Shown: in pieces, positions 1-9,202 of the stretch
Layout: each line of letters starts with the position of its first letter
Numbering within the stretch: position 1 is the first letter of the stretch
Source: a virus
IMG/VR virus record: IMGVR_UViG_3300045988_079296
Span: 32,001 to 96,000 of that record
Direction: 5' to 3' (one strand)
DNA length: 64,000 nucleotides
Notes under the pieces: generated by a model
What the model saw: only the letters and a program-made list of their open reading frames with translations
Told to the model about the DNA's origin: nothing
The model's database searches: none
Translations under genes and position numbers: made by a program

Positions 1-788
1 ATACCCGCTCCACCTGCTGAAATCATGAACCGTTGTTCATCGTTATCCAAGAACTCCAAATATTGTTCGTTCAAGTCTTGTACTACTTCAACTGGGTCTT
101 TGTAGTCCTTCTCCTTTTTCTTCATCCGATAAACAAACTGGTCGTATTTGATACGTCCTTCTTTCGTTTTCAGATTGAACATTTTCTTGACACGGTCATC
201 GTTTTTGTCCAAATACCACTTCTCGGTGATTTTCGTTCCATCCGTTCCTCCCTCGTCTGCATCATCGTCAATATCTACGCTTGCATACTGATTGGTTGGA
301 GCTACATCGTCCTCATCATCGTCAGTTCCTGTGGTGGTTGAAGAAGAACTCTTTTTGCCCGTCATTTTCATGAGTTGAGCCAACGTTCCCGAAGTATCAA
401 CCTGAGACATGTCAAAACCTCTTGATTCCAAAGCGTCATAGGCAATCTTTCTCATTTGAGCGTTGCCGTTCTTACTATTAGCAACTTTCAAAAGGTTGTC
501 ATCGGAAGTCTTTTGAGCCCAAACTACTAATTGCTGTGAGTTCATAGCTTTACCGCCTTGAGCCTTTGCGTTGGCTATTTGTTGCGCTGACGGTTTTGAA
601 GGGGTTTTCTTTGCTCCACCTCCAGAGGCATTGTCGTCATCATCCTCCGAACCCGAAGAACTTCCACTTGCTTGTTTCTTGTTCTTAATCGGTCTCCAGT
701 CAAATTTGCCAGGCTTATACTCTGTCCAAACCCAAGGTTTGGATGGGTGAGTGTCACCTACCTGACGTGCTTTTTTAATTTCGTCCAT
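1..788 (-). CDS. 5'-complete, 3'-truncated CDS running off the left edge; hypothetical, low-complexity linkers, ends in ...QRFMISAGGAGI, possibly the start of a Walker A loop
   Basis: Not in the ORF track. Reading minus strand from ATG at 788 gives an open frame MDEIKKARQVGDTHPSKPWVWTEYKPGKFDWRPIKNKKQASGSSSGSEDDDDN... to the edge. The tracked 575..757 minus ORF is a shadow of it. Confidence 0.85.
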   Translation of the reverse strand, partial: MDEIKKARQVGDTHPSKPWVWTEYKPGKFDWRPIKNKKQASGSSSGSEDDDDNASGGGAKKTPSKPSAQQIANAKAQGGKAMNSQQLVVWAQKTSDDNLLKVANSKNGNAQMRKIAYDALESRGFDMSQVDTSGTLAQLMKMTGKKSSSSTTTGTDDDEDDVAPTNQYASVDIDDDADEGGTDGTKITEKWYLDKNDDRVKKMFNLKTKEGRIKYDQFVYRMKKKEKDYKDPVEVVQDLNEQYLEFLDNDEQRFMISAGGAG

Positions 789-846
789 ATTACGATTATT
801 TAAACATTATGAAATATTCGTTACTATGGTATGTTTATAACTGGGC

Positions 847-2286
847 TCAATCAGTCTCCCATTCAATTGGAAGTTCTATACCATAGAAGTCCTCCATGAT
901 TTCCTTAGTTATCTTCTTAACATTTGGTGAATCCTTTCCTTTTTCAAGCTCCTTGTTAACAAGTTTTTCGCCTCCCTTAACAAGTCTGATAACCTCTTTC
1001 ATGTTATTCTTAGCATTAAAGACTTCATGAACCAAGGCATAATTCTCCAACGTATCTTTCAAATACTTCGCTGGACTCATCTTGTTCGCTTTCGCCAGAG
1101 CCTTCGCAAATTCCTTCGGAGTAGCATCCCAAGGAATAATGATTGCGTTGATGCTATCGAATAACGGGTCACACACTTCTTCGGTCATACCCTTTATCAG
1201 TCCTCTATAATCACGCAAAACTGGATAACAACCGTTCAACATAGCTTCTATAATGAAGCCGTTAATATGAGTTCGACAATATTGAGAATAATGAGCCGCC
1301 CAAGAAGGGTCAACGGCAAATCGACTTCTTCGGAGCTTCGCTGTAACTTCCTTAGAACTTATCTGCCCAAGATACTCCATACCATATTGTTCCGCTACAT
1401 CCCAAATCTTTTGTCCAATATATTCTTCACTAATGTCAGGGTCACGCTTTCGGCTGACCTTGTAAGGCTCTTTGCATTTCGTAGGAGCTACCATATATGC
1501 TTGTTCTATTCCCGAACCTGCTATTTGAACAGAATACTCGGAGTTTTTATTGAAATGCGGTACGGCTCTGATAAGGTCGTCAACGTGCTTCATGGACTTG
1601 AATATATGAGCGGCAAAGAAGTCAATATCACGCTTCGGTTTCATTACAATAGGCATCTTCGCCTTATCGTCCAAATATCTCGGATTAAGCAACAGAACTC
1701 TCGGTATTCCTAAATGCTCGCAGCAACGATATGCAGCAACGTGAGCGCATTCTATGAACAATATCTTCTCCCGTAAAGCCGTAATATTTGAGGCACGTAC
1801 ATCAAAGTAAGCATCGTGAGCAATGAATATTTGTTTTATCTTATCGGTTGGTAAATCGTAGAACTTCCACCAAAATGAAAAGTCTCTATCTCCCCAAGCA
1901 CTTGACTTAGTAGGCATAAAGTTCCACATTATTAAATCGAAGTTATCTACAAGATTATGCCAACGTTCAAGAGCGTTTGGTTCAAATACTCCGATACGAT
2001 TGCTGGGTGGTAAGAAAAACCCATAATAATTATTCTTCCAATATCCCGTTGCTTCATCATATTCATACCCTCCGTTTTGGGAATTGATTTTCAACTTCTC
2101 GGAGAACGTTCCATTTTCAAGTTTCTTGACCTTACTGTCGTAGGTCTTTTGCGTAGTTGCGGCGCAAGACAATTGGGCTATATCGACAACGTGGCCAAGA
2201 GCTTTTAATGCCTTGACCTTCGCTGTTACGTGTTCAATTATTCCTCCGTACTTAGCAATCTCAAAATCTGCTATAAGTATTCTCAT
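847..2286 (-). CDS. glycosyltransferase family 4-like protein
   Basis: N-term MRILIADFEIAKYGGIIEHVTAKVKALKALGH typical of GT-B glycosyltransferases; C-terminal INGFIIEAMLNGCYPVLRDYRG donor-site-like segment. Confidence 0.7.
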   Translation of the reverse strand: MRILIADFEIAKYGGIIEHVTAKVKALKALGHVVDIAQLSCAATTQKTYDSKVKKLENGTFSEKLKINSQNGGYEYDEATGYWKNNYYGFFLPPSNRIGVFEPNALERWHNLVDNFDLIMWNFMPTKSSAWGDRDFSFWWKFYDLPTDKIKQIFIAHDAYFDVRASNITALREKILFIECAHVAAYRCCEHLGIPRVLLLNPRYLDDKAKMPIVMKPKRDIDFFAAHIFKSMKHVDDLIRAVPHFNKNSEYSVQIAGSGIEQAYMVAPTKCKEPYKVSRKRDPDISEEYIGQKIWDVAEQYGMEYLGQISSKEVTAKLRRSRFAVDPSWAAHYSQYCRTHINGFIIEAMLNGCYPVLRDYRGLIKGMTEEVCDPLFDSINAIIIPWDATPKEFAKALAKANKMSPAKYLKDTLENYALVHEVFNAKNNMKEVIRLVKGGEKLVNKELEKGKDSPNVKKITKEIMEDFYGIELPIEWETD

Positions 2287-2289
2287 AAT

Positions 2290-2976
2290 CTAAAATGGTA
2301 AATCTGAATCGTACCTTCTCCAAATTTCTTCGGGAAGGTTTTTCTTTATATAACCCTGCTCGTAAAACAATAAACCTGATTGTGAACGATAGAATTTGGA
2401 TGCTAATTTCCACTTAATATCCGCAAACTCTTCAACGGGAACTGAACGAGATAAATACCAATCTTCCTTTTGCTCTTTTACTTGCGCTTGAGAACGTCTC
2501 TTGTAAGAGTGCGGGAACTCCCGATAATAGTCCATGTCAGAGAAGTGAGTTTGTAACGTTTCCCGAACGAATAAGTGGAACGGGTGTCCAACCCCCCAAG
2601 GAGCAAGAACCTTGTACCCTTTATTCTTTTTCAAGAACTTTCTTACCCATTCAACCAACGCATCTTCAATCTCGGTTAATGTCTCACGTCCGAAGTATTG
2701 ATTCAGGTATTTATAAGCATTTTCCAAGGTGACTCCCTTCGGGTATGCCTTATTATACCCGTAATAACTTTCATCCTTGAAATCAAGCTCCAAATGATGA
2801 TACGGGATATTTAAAAACTCAAATAGCTTCGCATCCTCCGCTACTCTCTTCTCATCATTCTCAACGTTCAAAACTTGAACTTCATATTCGGGGAAGAATA
2901 GTACATGAGAACAGCAGAATAAAGCATCGTCCGAATGCGGAGCTACTATGAGATATTTTTGTTTTATTTTTCCCAT
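2290..2976 (-). CDS. PIG-L / LmbE-like deacetylase
   Basis: YLIVAPHSDDALFCC (AHPDD-type metal motif) near N-terminus, later GVGHPFHLFVRE. Confidence 0.75.
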   Translation of the reverse strand: MGKIKQKYLIVAPHSDDALFCCSHVLFFPEYEVQVLNVENDEKRVAEDAKLFEFLNIPYHHLELDFKDESYYGYNKAYPKGVTLENAYKYLNQYFGRETLTEIEDALVEWVRKFLKKNKGYKVLAPWGVGHPFHLFVRETLQTHFSDMDYYREFPHSYKRRSQAQVKEQKEDWYLSRSVPVEEFADIKWKLASKFYRSQSGLLFYEQGYIKKNLPEEIWRRYDSDLPF

Positions 2977-3920
2977 TTCCTTCTTACGATAATAGGAGAT
3001 AAAAAGCCATCTTTGTGCACACTTTGTGCTAACTTCTTGACCTCTGGAGTTATCTCTGGCAAAGTCTCTTGACCCGAACTATCAGGCAAGAACCCTACAC
3101 GCATACTAATATTCGTACAACCACTACAAGGTCGGAAGTTACGACTGTAATTGTAGAGCATAATTCTCGCAGCTCGAAAACGTTCATGATTCCAAAGCTC
3201 TACAATCCCCATGTCGTTGATATTAGCAATCGGATATTCCCCACGGAAGTCATCGCAACATAAAGAAACGTTGCCATCGTATCGGAAAGCTAATTCACGG
3301 AAAGGCATAGCACAACGCTTGTTGTTATACGACTTATCCAACGGAGCTGCTGCACCGCAATGATTGGCAAGTTTACGTGTTATCTTGTTGTCCTCCTTAA
3401 TCGGTGGCAATAACAATATTCTCGGTTTCTTGTTGTTAGTGTACAACGGTATTCCCTTTTCATAGAATACAACGTTCCACGCCCCTTCGGGAAGTTTATT
3501 TACAAAATTCCAATCTCCCTCGTCCGTATAACAATCCACGATAAGATTGTTTATTCCAGCATCGAAAAGGCTCTCAACATATTCCTCTGTATTCTCGGCT
3601 CTATTTGCCGCATAACCGTTCGTGTACATATGTAAAATAGCATTCGGCAATTCCTCTCGGAATATCTTTACTATTTCCATAATCTTCGGATTCAACGTTG
3701 GCTCTCCATGCTGAGCGAATACTATTTTGCTATTCCAACCTGCTTTAGCAATCTCGCTCGCTATTCTCTTTGCGGTTTTGATACTCATGTGATTCCAAGG
3801 TTTCGTTCCTTTTTCACGCATACCTCTCAACCCACAGAAAGAGCATCCCAAATTACATCCTTCGGTTGGTTCAATTAGCACCGTGAACGGTGCTTGTTGT
3901 ACAATTTTCTTTTTAGCCAT
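2964..3920 (-). CDS. radical SAM protein with SPASM-type C-terminal cluster domain
   Basis: CNLGCSFC (CX3CX2C) plus C-terminal CAMPFRELAFRYDGNVSLCCDDFRGEYPIANINDMGIVELWNHERFR...CSGCTN. Confidence 0.88.
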   Translation of the reverse strand: MAKKKIVQQAPFTVLIEPTEGCNLGCSFCGLRGMREKGTKPWNHMSIKTAKRIASEIAKAGWNSKIVFAQHGEPTLNPKIMEIVKIFREELPNAILHMYTNGYAANRAENTEEYVESLFDAGINNLIVDCYTDEGDWNFVNKLPEGAWNVVFYEKGIPLYTNNKKPRILLLPPIKEDNKITRKLANHCGAAAPLDKSYNNKRCAMPFRELAFRYDGNVSLCCDDFRGEYPIANINDMGIVELWNHERFRAARIMLYNYSRNFRPCSGCTNISMRVGFLPDSSGQETLPEITPEVKKLAQSVHKDGFLSPIIVRRKWEK

Positions 3921-3921
3921 T

Positions 3922-4854
3922 TTACTTTGAAACTTTTATATTCAACTTTACTCCTTTTAACTTTGGATTTTTTGATACTTTCTTTATCGGAACTGTGAAA
4001 GCTCTCGTTTCATCGCTCCAAGCAAAACCTTCCTTCTTATGGTTGATTGTGCAACGACAATATGGATGTATAGGAGATATGGTTGGAAGCCATTCTGCTA
4101 CCTTCCTCCCGATATTATTGCCGTTTGCTATAATGTCCTTTAGCTTGAATACAATCGGCTCGCTGTTTACGTCCTCTGGGTCGGTTAATAAAAGTTCTCT
4201 ACAATGCTTACAAGCACCTGGGTAAACATCGAAGTACACCTCAGCATCCGCTCCGTAATTCTTCAAGATACTTTGCGCTCTTCCTGCGTTGAACGCTTCG
4301 TGAGTAAGATAGTAGGCTATTCTCAACCAATCTACTTCCCAATCCTTAGACGTATCAGCAAGGTCAGCCGCCAATCCTCTCGCTCCCATTCTTAGCTCGG
4401 TAGCCTTAATAGTCTTTTGACGTATCATTTGTTGAACGACAAGAGCTTGTTGTTGATTGTTCCGTAGAACGTTATTACTCAATCCCGTCCTCATTCGGTT
4501 GCCCAAACTCGTTATATCGGTGTAGGCTCTATTCTTTACCGTTTCCAAGGCAAACTCTTCCTCTTCGGTAAGAGGAATGAAGTTGCCCGATTTCAAGAAC
4601 TTCTTGAATTGCGCATAAGACATATTTTGCGCTCTCTTATCTCCGATTGCTTCGGCAAGAATACCGAAAAGAAAAGCATGCTCAATTATTCCTTGAGCGT
4701 TCTTATACTTATCCAAATCTACTCCTGAAGCAATCAATATATCCTTATCCGTCTGGGATAGATAGTCTAATCCCAACTGTCCTGCTATGAACAAAAGCTC
4801 GTACCGCTTGAGTATTGATAGCATGTCTTGTATTTGTCCTTGGCTATAAATCAT
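3922..4854 (-). CDS. phage head morphogenesis / minor capsid (Mu F / SPP1 gp7-like) protein
   Basis: C-terminal ...YPGACKHCRELL...ISPIHPYCRCTINH, characteristic of the family. Confidence 0.7.
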   Translation of the reverse strand: MIYSQGQIQDMLSILKRYELLFIAGQLGLDYLSQTDKDILIASGVDLDKYKNAQGIIEHAFLFGILAEAIGDKRAQNMSYAQFKKFLKSGNFIPLTEEEEFALETVKNRAYTDITSLGNRMRTGLSNNVLRNNQQQALVVQQMIRQKTIKATELRMGARGLAADLADTSKDWEVDWLRIAYYLTHEAFNAGRAQSILKNYGADAEVYFDVYPGACKHCRELLLTDPEDVNSEPIVFKLKDIIANGNNIGRKVAEWLPTISPIHPYCRCTINHKKEGFAWSDETRAFTVPIKKVSKNPKLKGVKLNIKVSK

Positions 4855-5042
4855 TTCTTTACCTCCGTTTCTTTAACGGCAGAAGCAGTTGCTTTGGCCA
4901 TGTACTTTAGAACCTCTGCGACTGCTTCTGCGGTATTGTTATTCCAAACCTTTACAAATTCATTTTCGTAAGCGGTTACTGCGGGAAACGGAGAAGGAAT
5001 GAAGTGGCCATTTTTTACAACTTCCTTCTTCGGCTTATCCAT
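4851..5042 (-). CDS. hypothetical protein
   Basis: ORF tightly coupled to neighbours. Confidence 0.6.
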   Translation of the reverse strand: MDKPKKEVVKNGHFIPSPFPAVTAYENEFVKVWNNNTAEAVAEVLKYMAKATASAVKETEVKK

Positions 5043-5046
5043 ATTG

Positions 5047-5622
5047 TTAAAATTTAATTCCTAAATCAAACGTGTATCCATATTCGTCTCTTATTCTTAA
5101 CCCTGATACGCCTATGATATATTTATTTTGAATATCCAACCCAAATTGTATCTTTTGAGCATCCAACTTTGGAGACGTACCGAACATTAACCAAGGTTGT
5201 AATTTAGGCACTTTGTAGATAGTTTCTGTCCTCGTGATAACCTTCCTTATAGGTTGAACGGTAGAAGTGGCAGAAAGCAGCTTATTTTCTTGTATAGATA
5301 CATCTGCGATGAACGTACCAAGCGTATCATTAGAGAAGTCCAATTTGTACTCTCTTTTCAAGTAATAGTCGCACCAAACTGCAAATAGAGCAGCGGTATC
5401 AGTCGGAACGGGAACTGGTCGGTCAACGGGAACTTCTACCCGATACGGAACTGGTCGGTCAATCGTATCATGTACGGCATACGGCTCTTTCTCCCATTTG
5501 ACAACTTCCTTTATCTCTGGAGCTGGTAGCTCAACGCTTGACCTCCCCCAAAGATAACCCAAGAACAGAGCTATGCCCACGACAATTAAAGCTCCTACGG
5601 AAATTTTGATTTTCTTATTCAT
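5047..5622 (-). CDS. membrane-anchored hypothetical protein
   Basis: N-terminal TM segment KISVGALIVVGIALFLGYLWG. Confidence 0.7.
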   Translation of the reverse strand: MNKKIKISVGALIVVGIALFLGYLWGRSSVELPAPEIKEVVKWEKEPYAVHDTIDRPVPYRVEVPVDRPVPVPTDTAALFAVWCDYYLKREYKLDFSNDTLGTFIADVSIQENKLLSATSTVQPIRKVITRTETIYKVPKLQPWLMFGTSPKLDAQKIQFGLDIQNKYIIGVSGLRIRDEYGYTFDLGIKF

Positions 5623-6106
5623 TGCCTTTATTTAATTTAGCTTCGTAATCACTTACCAACTTTTCCAATTGATTGATACGTTGCTTGTAATTACTTTCAG
5701 CCTTGTTTGACTCTTCCTCGAAAGCTCGGTATTGACTTAACAACTCATCATACTTCTTTCGGTCATTCTCCCGTTGTTGCTCATAGTCAATCCTCATTTG
5801 ATTGAGTTCTTCCCTAAAAGACTTAACTATGTTGTTGCTTAACTGCCTTTCGTTCTGAAATTCGGAGTACAGAGTATCATAACGTTGCTTCCACCAGATG
5901 TCCTTTGATTCAACCTCTTTCTGGAGAACGTCATAACGTGCTTTCCAAAATTCATCGCTCTTGATGTCCGCATTTGCCGTTGCTTCTCGGACTGTCTGTT
6001 GATACTTCTTCCTATCCAACGCCCTTTGAACGCAGGCATAACCTATACTGCCTGCTCCAAACAGCAAAGATAAAATTGTTACGATATTACTTGTAATCCA
6101 CTCCAT
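5615..6106 (-). CDS. TM plus long coiled-coil protein
   Basis: N-terminal hydrophobic helix (IVTILSLLFGAGSIGYACV) followed by charged heptad-like region. Confidence 0.7.
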   Translation of the reverse strand: MEWITSNIVTILSLLFGAGSIGYACVQRALDRKKYQQTVREATANADIKSDEFWKARYDVLQKEVESKDIWWKQRYDTLYSEFQNERQLSNNIVKSFREELNQMRIDYEQQRENDRKKYDELLSQYRAFEEESNKAESNYKQRINQLEKLVSDYEAKLNKGNE

Positions 6107-6108
6107 GA

Positions 6109-6678
6109 CTATTCTTTGTTATTCTTCACACGAGTTATCCTCATTTTTGCTTGTTTCACTCTTTTCTGATAGTCCTCAACATTATAATCGGAGCGTAAAC
6201 AACGAACAATCTCGTCAGCAAAGGCTTGTATGATTTTCGGGAACGCTATGGAATAATGATTGAAGTCGCTTGGGTTGTTATACGTGCAAAGATAGAATAT
6301 TGCTTTTGTGTCGGAGCTTATTTTGTTAAAGAACTTGAACCACTCCTTATGATATGAATCAACAAACTTAAAATCTCTCCAATGTATTCTCGGAGTTAAT
6401 ATATCCAAGTTGTTAGATAGATTGTAAGCAAAATCACGGCTTATGTAAGAGCAGTTGCGATTCAACGTCAGTCCGCATCCTTCCTTGCCGTCTCGGAAGA
6501 AGTCTATGGCTATTGCAATTCCATACGTCTTATGCTGTCTGAAATAATTCAAAAGGTCATAAGCATTGTCCTCTACAACCTCAATCTTTCTTCTCCGAAG
6601 CTCTTCAGCAAGAGCCTTTTGGAATTGCTTCGCTGGCTTATCGAAGCGTTTTGTCGTCAAATAAACTATCTTACACAT
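6109..6678 (-). CDS. N-acetylmuramoyl-L-alanine amidase-like protein (tentative)
   Basis: N-terminal KQFQKALAEELRRRKIEV; weak resemblance only. Confidence 0.4.
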   Translation of the reverse strand: MCKIVYLTTKRFDKPAKQFQKALAEELRRRKIEVVEDNAYDLLNYFRQHKTYGIAIAIDFFRDGKEGCGLTLNRNCSYISRDFAYNLSNNLDILTPRIHWRDFKFVDSYHKEWFKFFNKISSDTKAIFYLCTYNNPSDFNHYSIAFPKIIQAFADEIVRCLRSDYNVEDYQKRVKQAKMRITRVKNNKE

Positions 6679-6684
6679 AGTTGT

Positions 6685-7278
6685 TTATCTTTTTGGAGTG
6701 GCGTATGCAGTTGTTGCCGTTTCAGCACTCCCCTTTAACAATCCTTCCAAACGATTTATTTCATCCCTCTTCGCTTGACGTTCCTTTACAAGCTCATCTG
6801 CGTCATAGGGCATGTTTTCCGCTTTGGTAATCAATGATTCATAGCACTTCATAACCTTATAGTCAGAACCCTCCAAATCATTCTTTAATGCTTGTATTCT
6901 GGCATTAACGGCTGAACGGTCATTCTGTACAACTTCCCACTTTTGTAATACCGTTTCACCTTCCTCTACATAATAAGGTCGGATTGAATCAAGCTCCGTT
7001 TTCTCTCCGTTGAACTCCGACGGTATGTATTCTTTGAACAGCTCCAACTCTTTCAAAAAAGCTGCATATTCATCTTCCAACCCCTTTCGGATAACTATCA
7101 ATTGAAGTTCTTCAATAGTACGCTTATCGTCTTTTTTCTTCAATATAGGATTGATAATTTCATCCGTCACTCCGTTCTTCTCAAGAGACATTTCATATTG
7201 ACTCTTGAGCCTTTGTTGTTCGGCTTCGTAATTGATAACCTGAACAGCGTATCTACTTTTAATGACTGCTTTTAACAT
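6685..7278 (-). CDS. coiled-coil hypothetical protein (start trimmed to internal ATG)
   Basis: ORF 6685..7317; MLKAVIKSRYAVQVINYEAEQQRL... Confidence 0.65.
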   Translation of the reverse strand: MLKAVIKSRYAVQVINYEAEQQRLKSQYEMSLEKNGVTDEIINPILKKKDDKRTIEELQLIVIRKGLEDEYAAFLKELELFKEYIPSEFNGEKTELDSIRPYYVEEGETVLQKWEVVQNDRSAVNARIQALKNDLEGSDYKVMKCYESLITKAENMPYDADELVKERQAKRDEINRLEGLLKGSAETATTAYATPKR

Positions 7279-7289
7279 ATCTTTATAGT

Positions 7290-9197
7290 TTATCTTGTCC
7301 AACGTGCAAATAACCAACCTCCTGATGATTGTCCTTCGCCCATAGCAATGGAAGCATTATACAAAAATACAGCAAGCCTTCTCGCTCCCCCGATATTTAT
7401 ATAATCAACATTTTCATTATCAACGATTTTCTTTCCATTCCCTTGAACCGCAATATTAGCAGAATTTACTTGATTGATAATAACAAACTGTCCTTCTGCT
7501 GGAGCGGTTGGAAGAAAGACGTTTTTATTTTCTTGATTCAAGCAAGAAACAAATGAACAATCCGTATCAAGATAAATATCAGTATCGCTCATTACTTGAG
7601 TACCAAATGAAAGTCCTCCACTCTTTAGTCTCGCAAAATAAGCATCAAATACGATATTGGAACTTAATGAACCCTTAACACAAAGAGCTGATAAAGCTGC
7701 TCCAACTCCTACCGAATTATACACAAAGGGTGTTGTTCCTTGTCCGTTTACTACCATTGAAGCCGCACCGACAATATAATCAACTACGCTTCCCAAGAAA
7801 GTTCTTTCATAAGCAGGCAAGGTGAATTGCTGAGAAGTCGGTGTATTAACGCTTACTCCATCCCCCGCAGCATACATTCCCTTACTGTTTGTATCGACAA
7901 TTCTCAATCCCGAAGTTTTACTCAAATAAACATCTACTTGACTGCCTGGGCTTGTTACATCCTTTCGGAAAGTCAAAGCTCCATTCTTAAAATCAAGCGT
8001 AGTTCTACGGGTGGAAGAACTACCATTTACAAATTCTCTTGAATTTACAACTCCATTAGTTATTAAACCAATCTGGTTTAGCTTTCCTTGAGCCTTCGCA
8101 AATGCTTCGTCAATCGTATCTCCCGCAGCAATATCAGGAACAGTTCCTGCATAGTCCTTTGGCTCCCAATCGGAAGATATATTCAACGTACCGATATGAG
8201 AAAGCCAATATTGTAACTTTCTCAAAGCCGAATCAACCGTATCATTATTGTTTACCTTTTCGGGAACGGTTGATTCAGTGAAGTTCGTTGAAACTTTTAT
8301 GCCCGTAGCATATTTGAACTTATTTATGTATCTCTGAAACTTGCTGAGCACTGTATAGAGCGTATCTCCAGCTGCGGCATCCGTAGGCTCACCCCCTACT
8401 GAAAGTGCTGTAATCTTCTTATTTAAGATGTTTGCGTCAGAAGTCTGCTGAGTTATCAAATTAGTCATTTGAGTAAGCAAAGCGGAGTAGTTATTTGCTA
8501 TGTTCTCAATAGACTGGTCTTGCACTTCTTGTTCCTTAACGTAGGTATCATGCAAAACTACACCGCCAGATTTATCTCCCAACTCCAAAAGAGCAGAACT
8601 GAAATTGAAATAAATTCCCTTGTTCCATTTCAGGTCGTTTCCCGTTACCGTAGAAAGAAGGGAACTCAACTTGAATTTAATCAGACGCATTGTATTTGAG
8701 TTTTCGCTTTCTCTGTCCTTACCGTATATGTAAGCGGTGTTGAAAGACGGCTCTGATACTTCTACAAATTCAAAGTTCAGCTTGGTAGTCTCGGAATTAA
8801 ATTGACCGTTCTCCCCATCCAGAGTAAGGTTGTTTGAAGATACAAAGTAAGTCACATTACTTCCTAAATCATCTACAAGTAGATTTCCCGATACATCTAC
8901 ATATTGTATCTTTGTCTTAGTTATCGAAAGGGCAAGAACACTTCCCTTATCGGTAATGATAAAGAACTTACCAACGGATAACCCCGATTGTAATGCAATA
9001 TTGCGTAGCTCGGTATAAGTTATCGTTGAAAGAATACCTTGGTCAAGTATGACCCAATCTTTTAGGTTGTAGTCATATACTTTGTGACATTGCTGAGACG
9101 GTGTACTATCCCACCAAATTAATCTTACGTTCTGAGGTGGGGTAGTTCCAACGTGAATACCAGCGACTTGTCCTACATTTTTTGTATTTCCTGCCAT
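7290..9197 (-). CDS. virion structural / fibre-like protein
   Basis: 635 aa, beta-rich, located next to portal; IWWDSTPSQQCHKVYDYNLKDWVILD tail-protein-like N-terminus. Confidence 0.6.
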   Translation of the reverse strand: MAGNTKNVGQVAGIHVGTTPPQNVRLIWWDSTPSQQCHKVYDYNLKDWVILDQGILSTITYTELRNIALQSGLSVGKFFIITDKGSVLALSITKTKIQYVDVSGNLLVDDLGSNVTYFVSSNNLTLDGENGQFNSETTKLNFEFVEVSEPSFNTAYIYGKDRESENSNTMRLIKFKLSSLLSTVTGNDLKWNKGIYFNFSSALLELGDKSGGVVLHDTYVKEQEVQDQSIENIANNYSALLTQMTNLITQQTSDANILNKKITALSVGGEPTDAAAGDTLYTVLSKFQRYINKFKYATGIKVSTNFTESTVPEKVNNNDTVDSALRKLQYWLSHIGTLNISSDWEPKDYAGTVPDIAAGDTIDEAFAKAQGKLNQIGLITNGVVNSREFVNGSSSTRRTTLDFKNGALTFRKDVTSPGSQVDVYLSKTSGLRIVDTNSKGMYAAGDGVSVNTPTSQQFTLPAYERTFLGSVVDYIVGAASMVVNGQGTTPFVYNSVGVGAALSALCVKGSLSSNIVFDAYFARLKSGGLSFGTQVMSDTDIYLDTDCSFVSCLNQENKNVFLPTAPAEGQFVIINQVNSANIAVQGNGKKIVDNENVDYINIGGARRLAVFLYNASIAMGEGQSSGGWLFARWTR

Positions 9198-9202
9198 ATC
9201 GT

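Noticed and set aside
33-341. Plus-strand ORFs throughout the track (e.g. 33..341, 1267..1713, 50295..50909, 58642..59358)
   Set aside because: All lie antisense to strong minus-strand genes and show low-complexity or shadow composition (e.g. poly-Ser opposite the Glu/Asp tracts); no recognisable domains
575-757. Minus ORF 575..757 as a gene
   Set aside because: Overlaps a longer, more protein-like frame from ATG 788 that runs to the left edge
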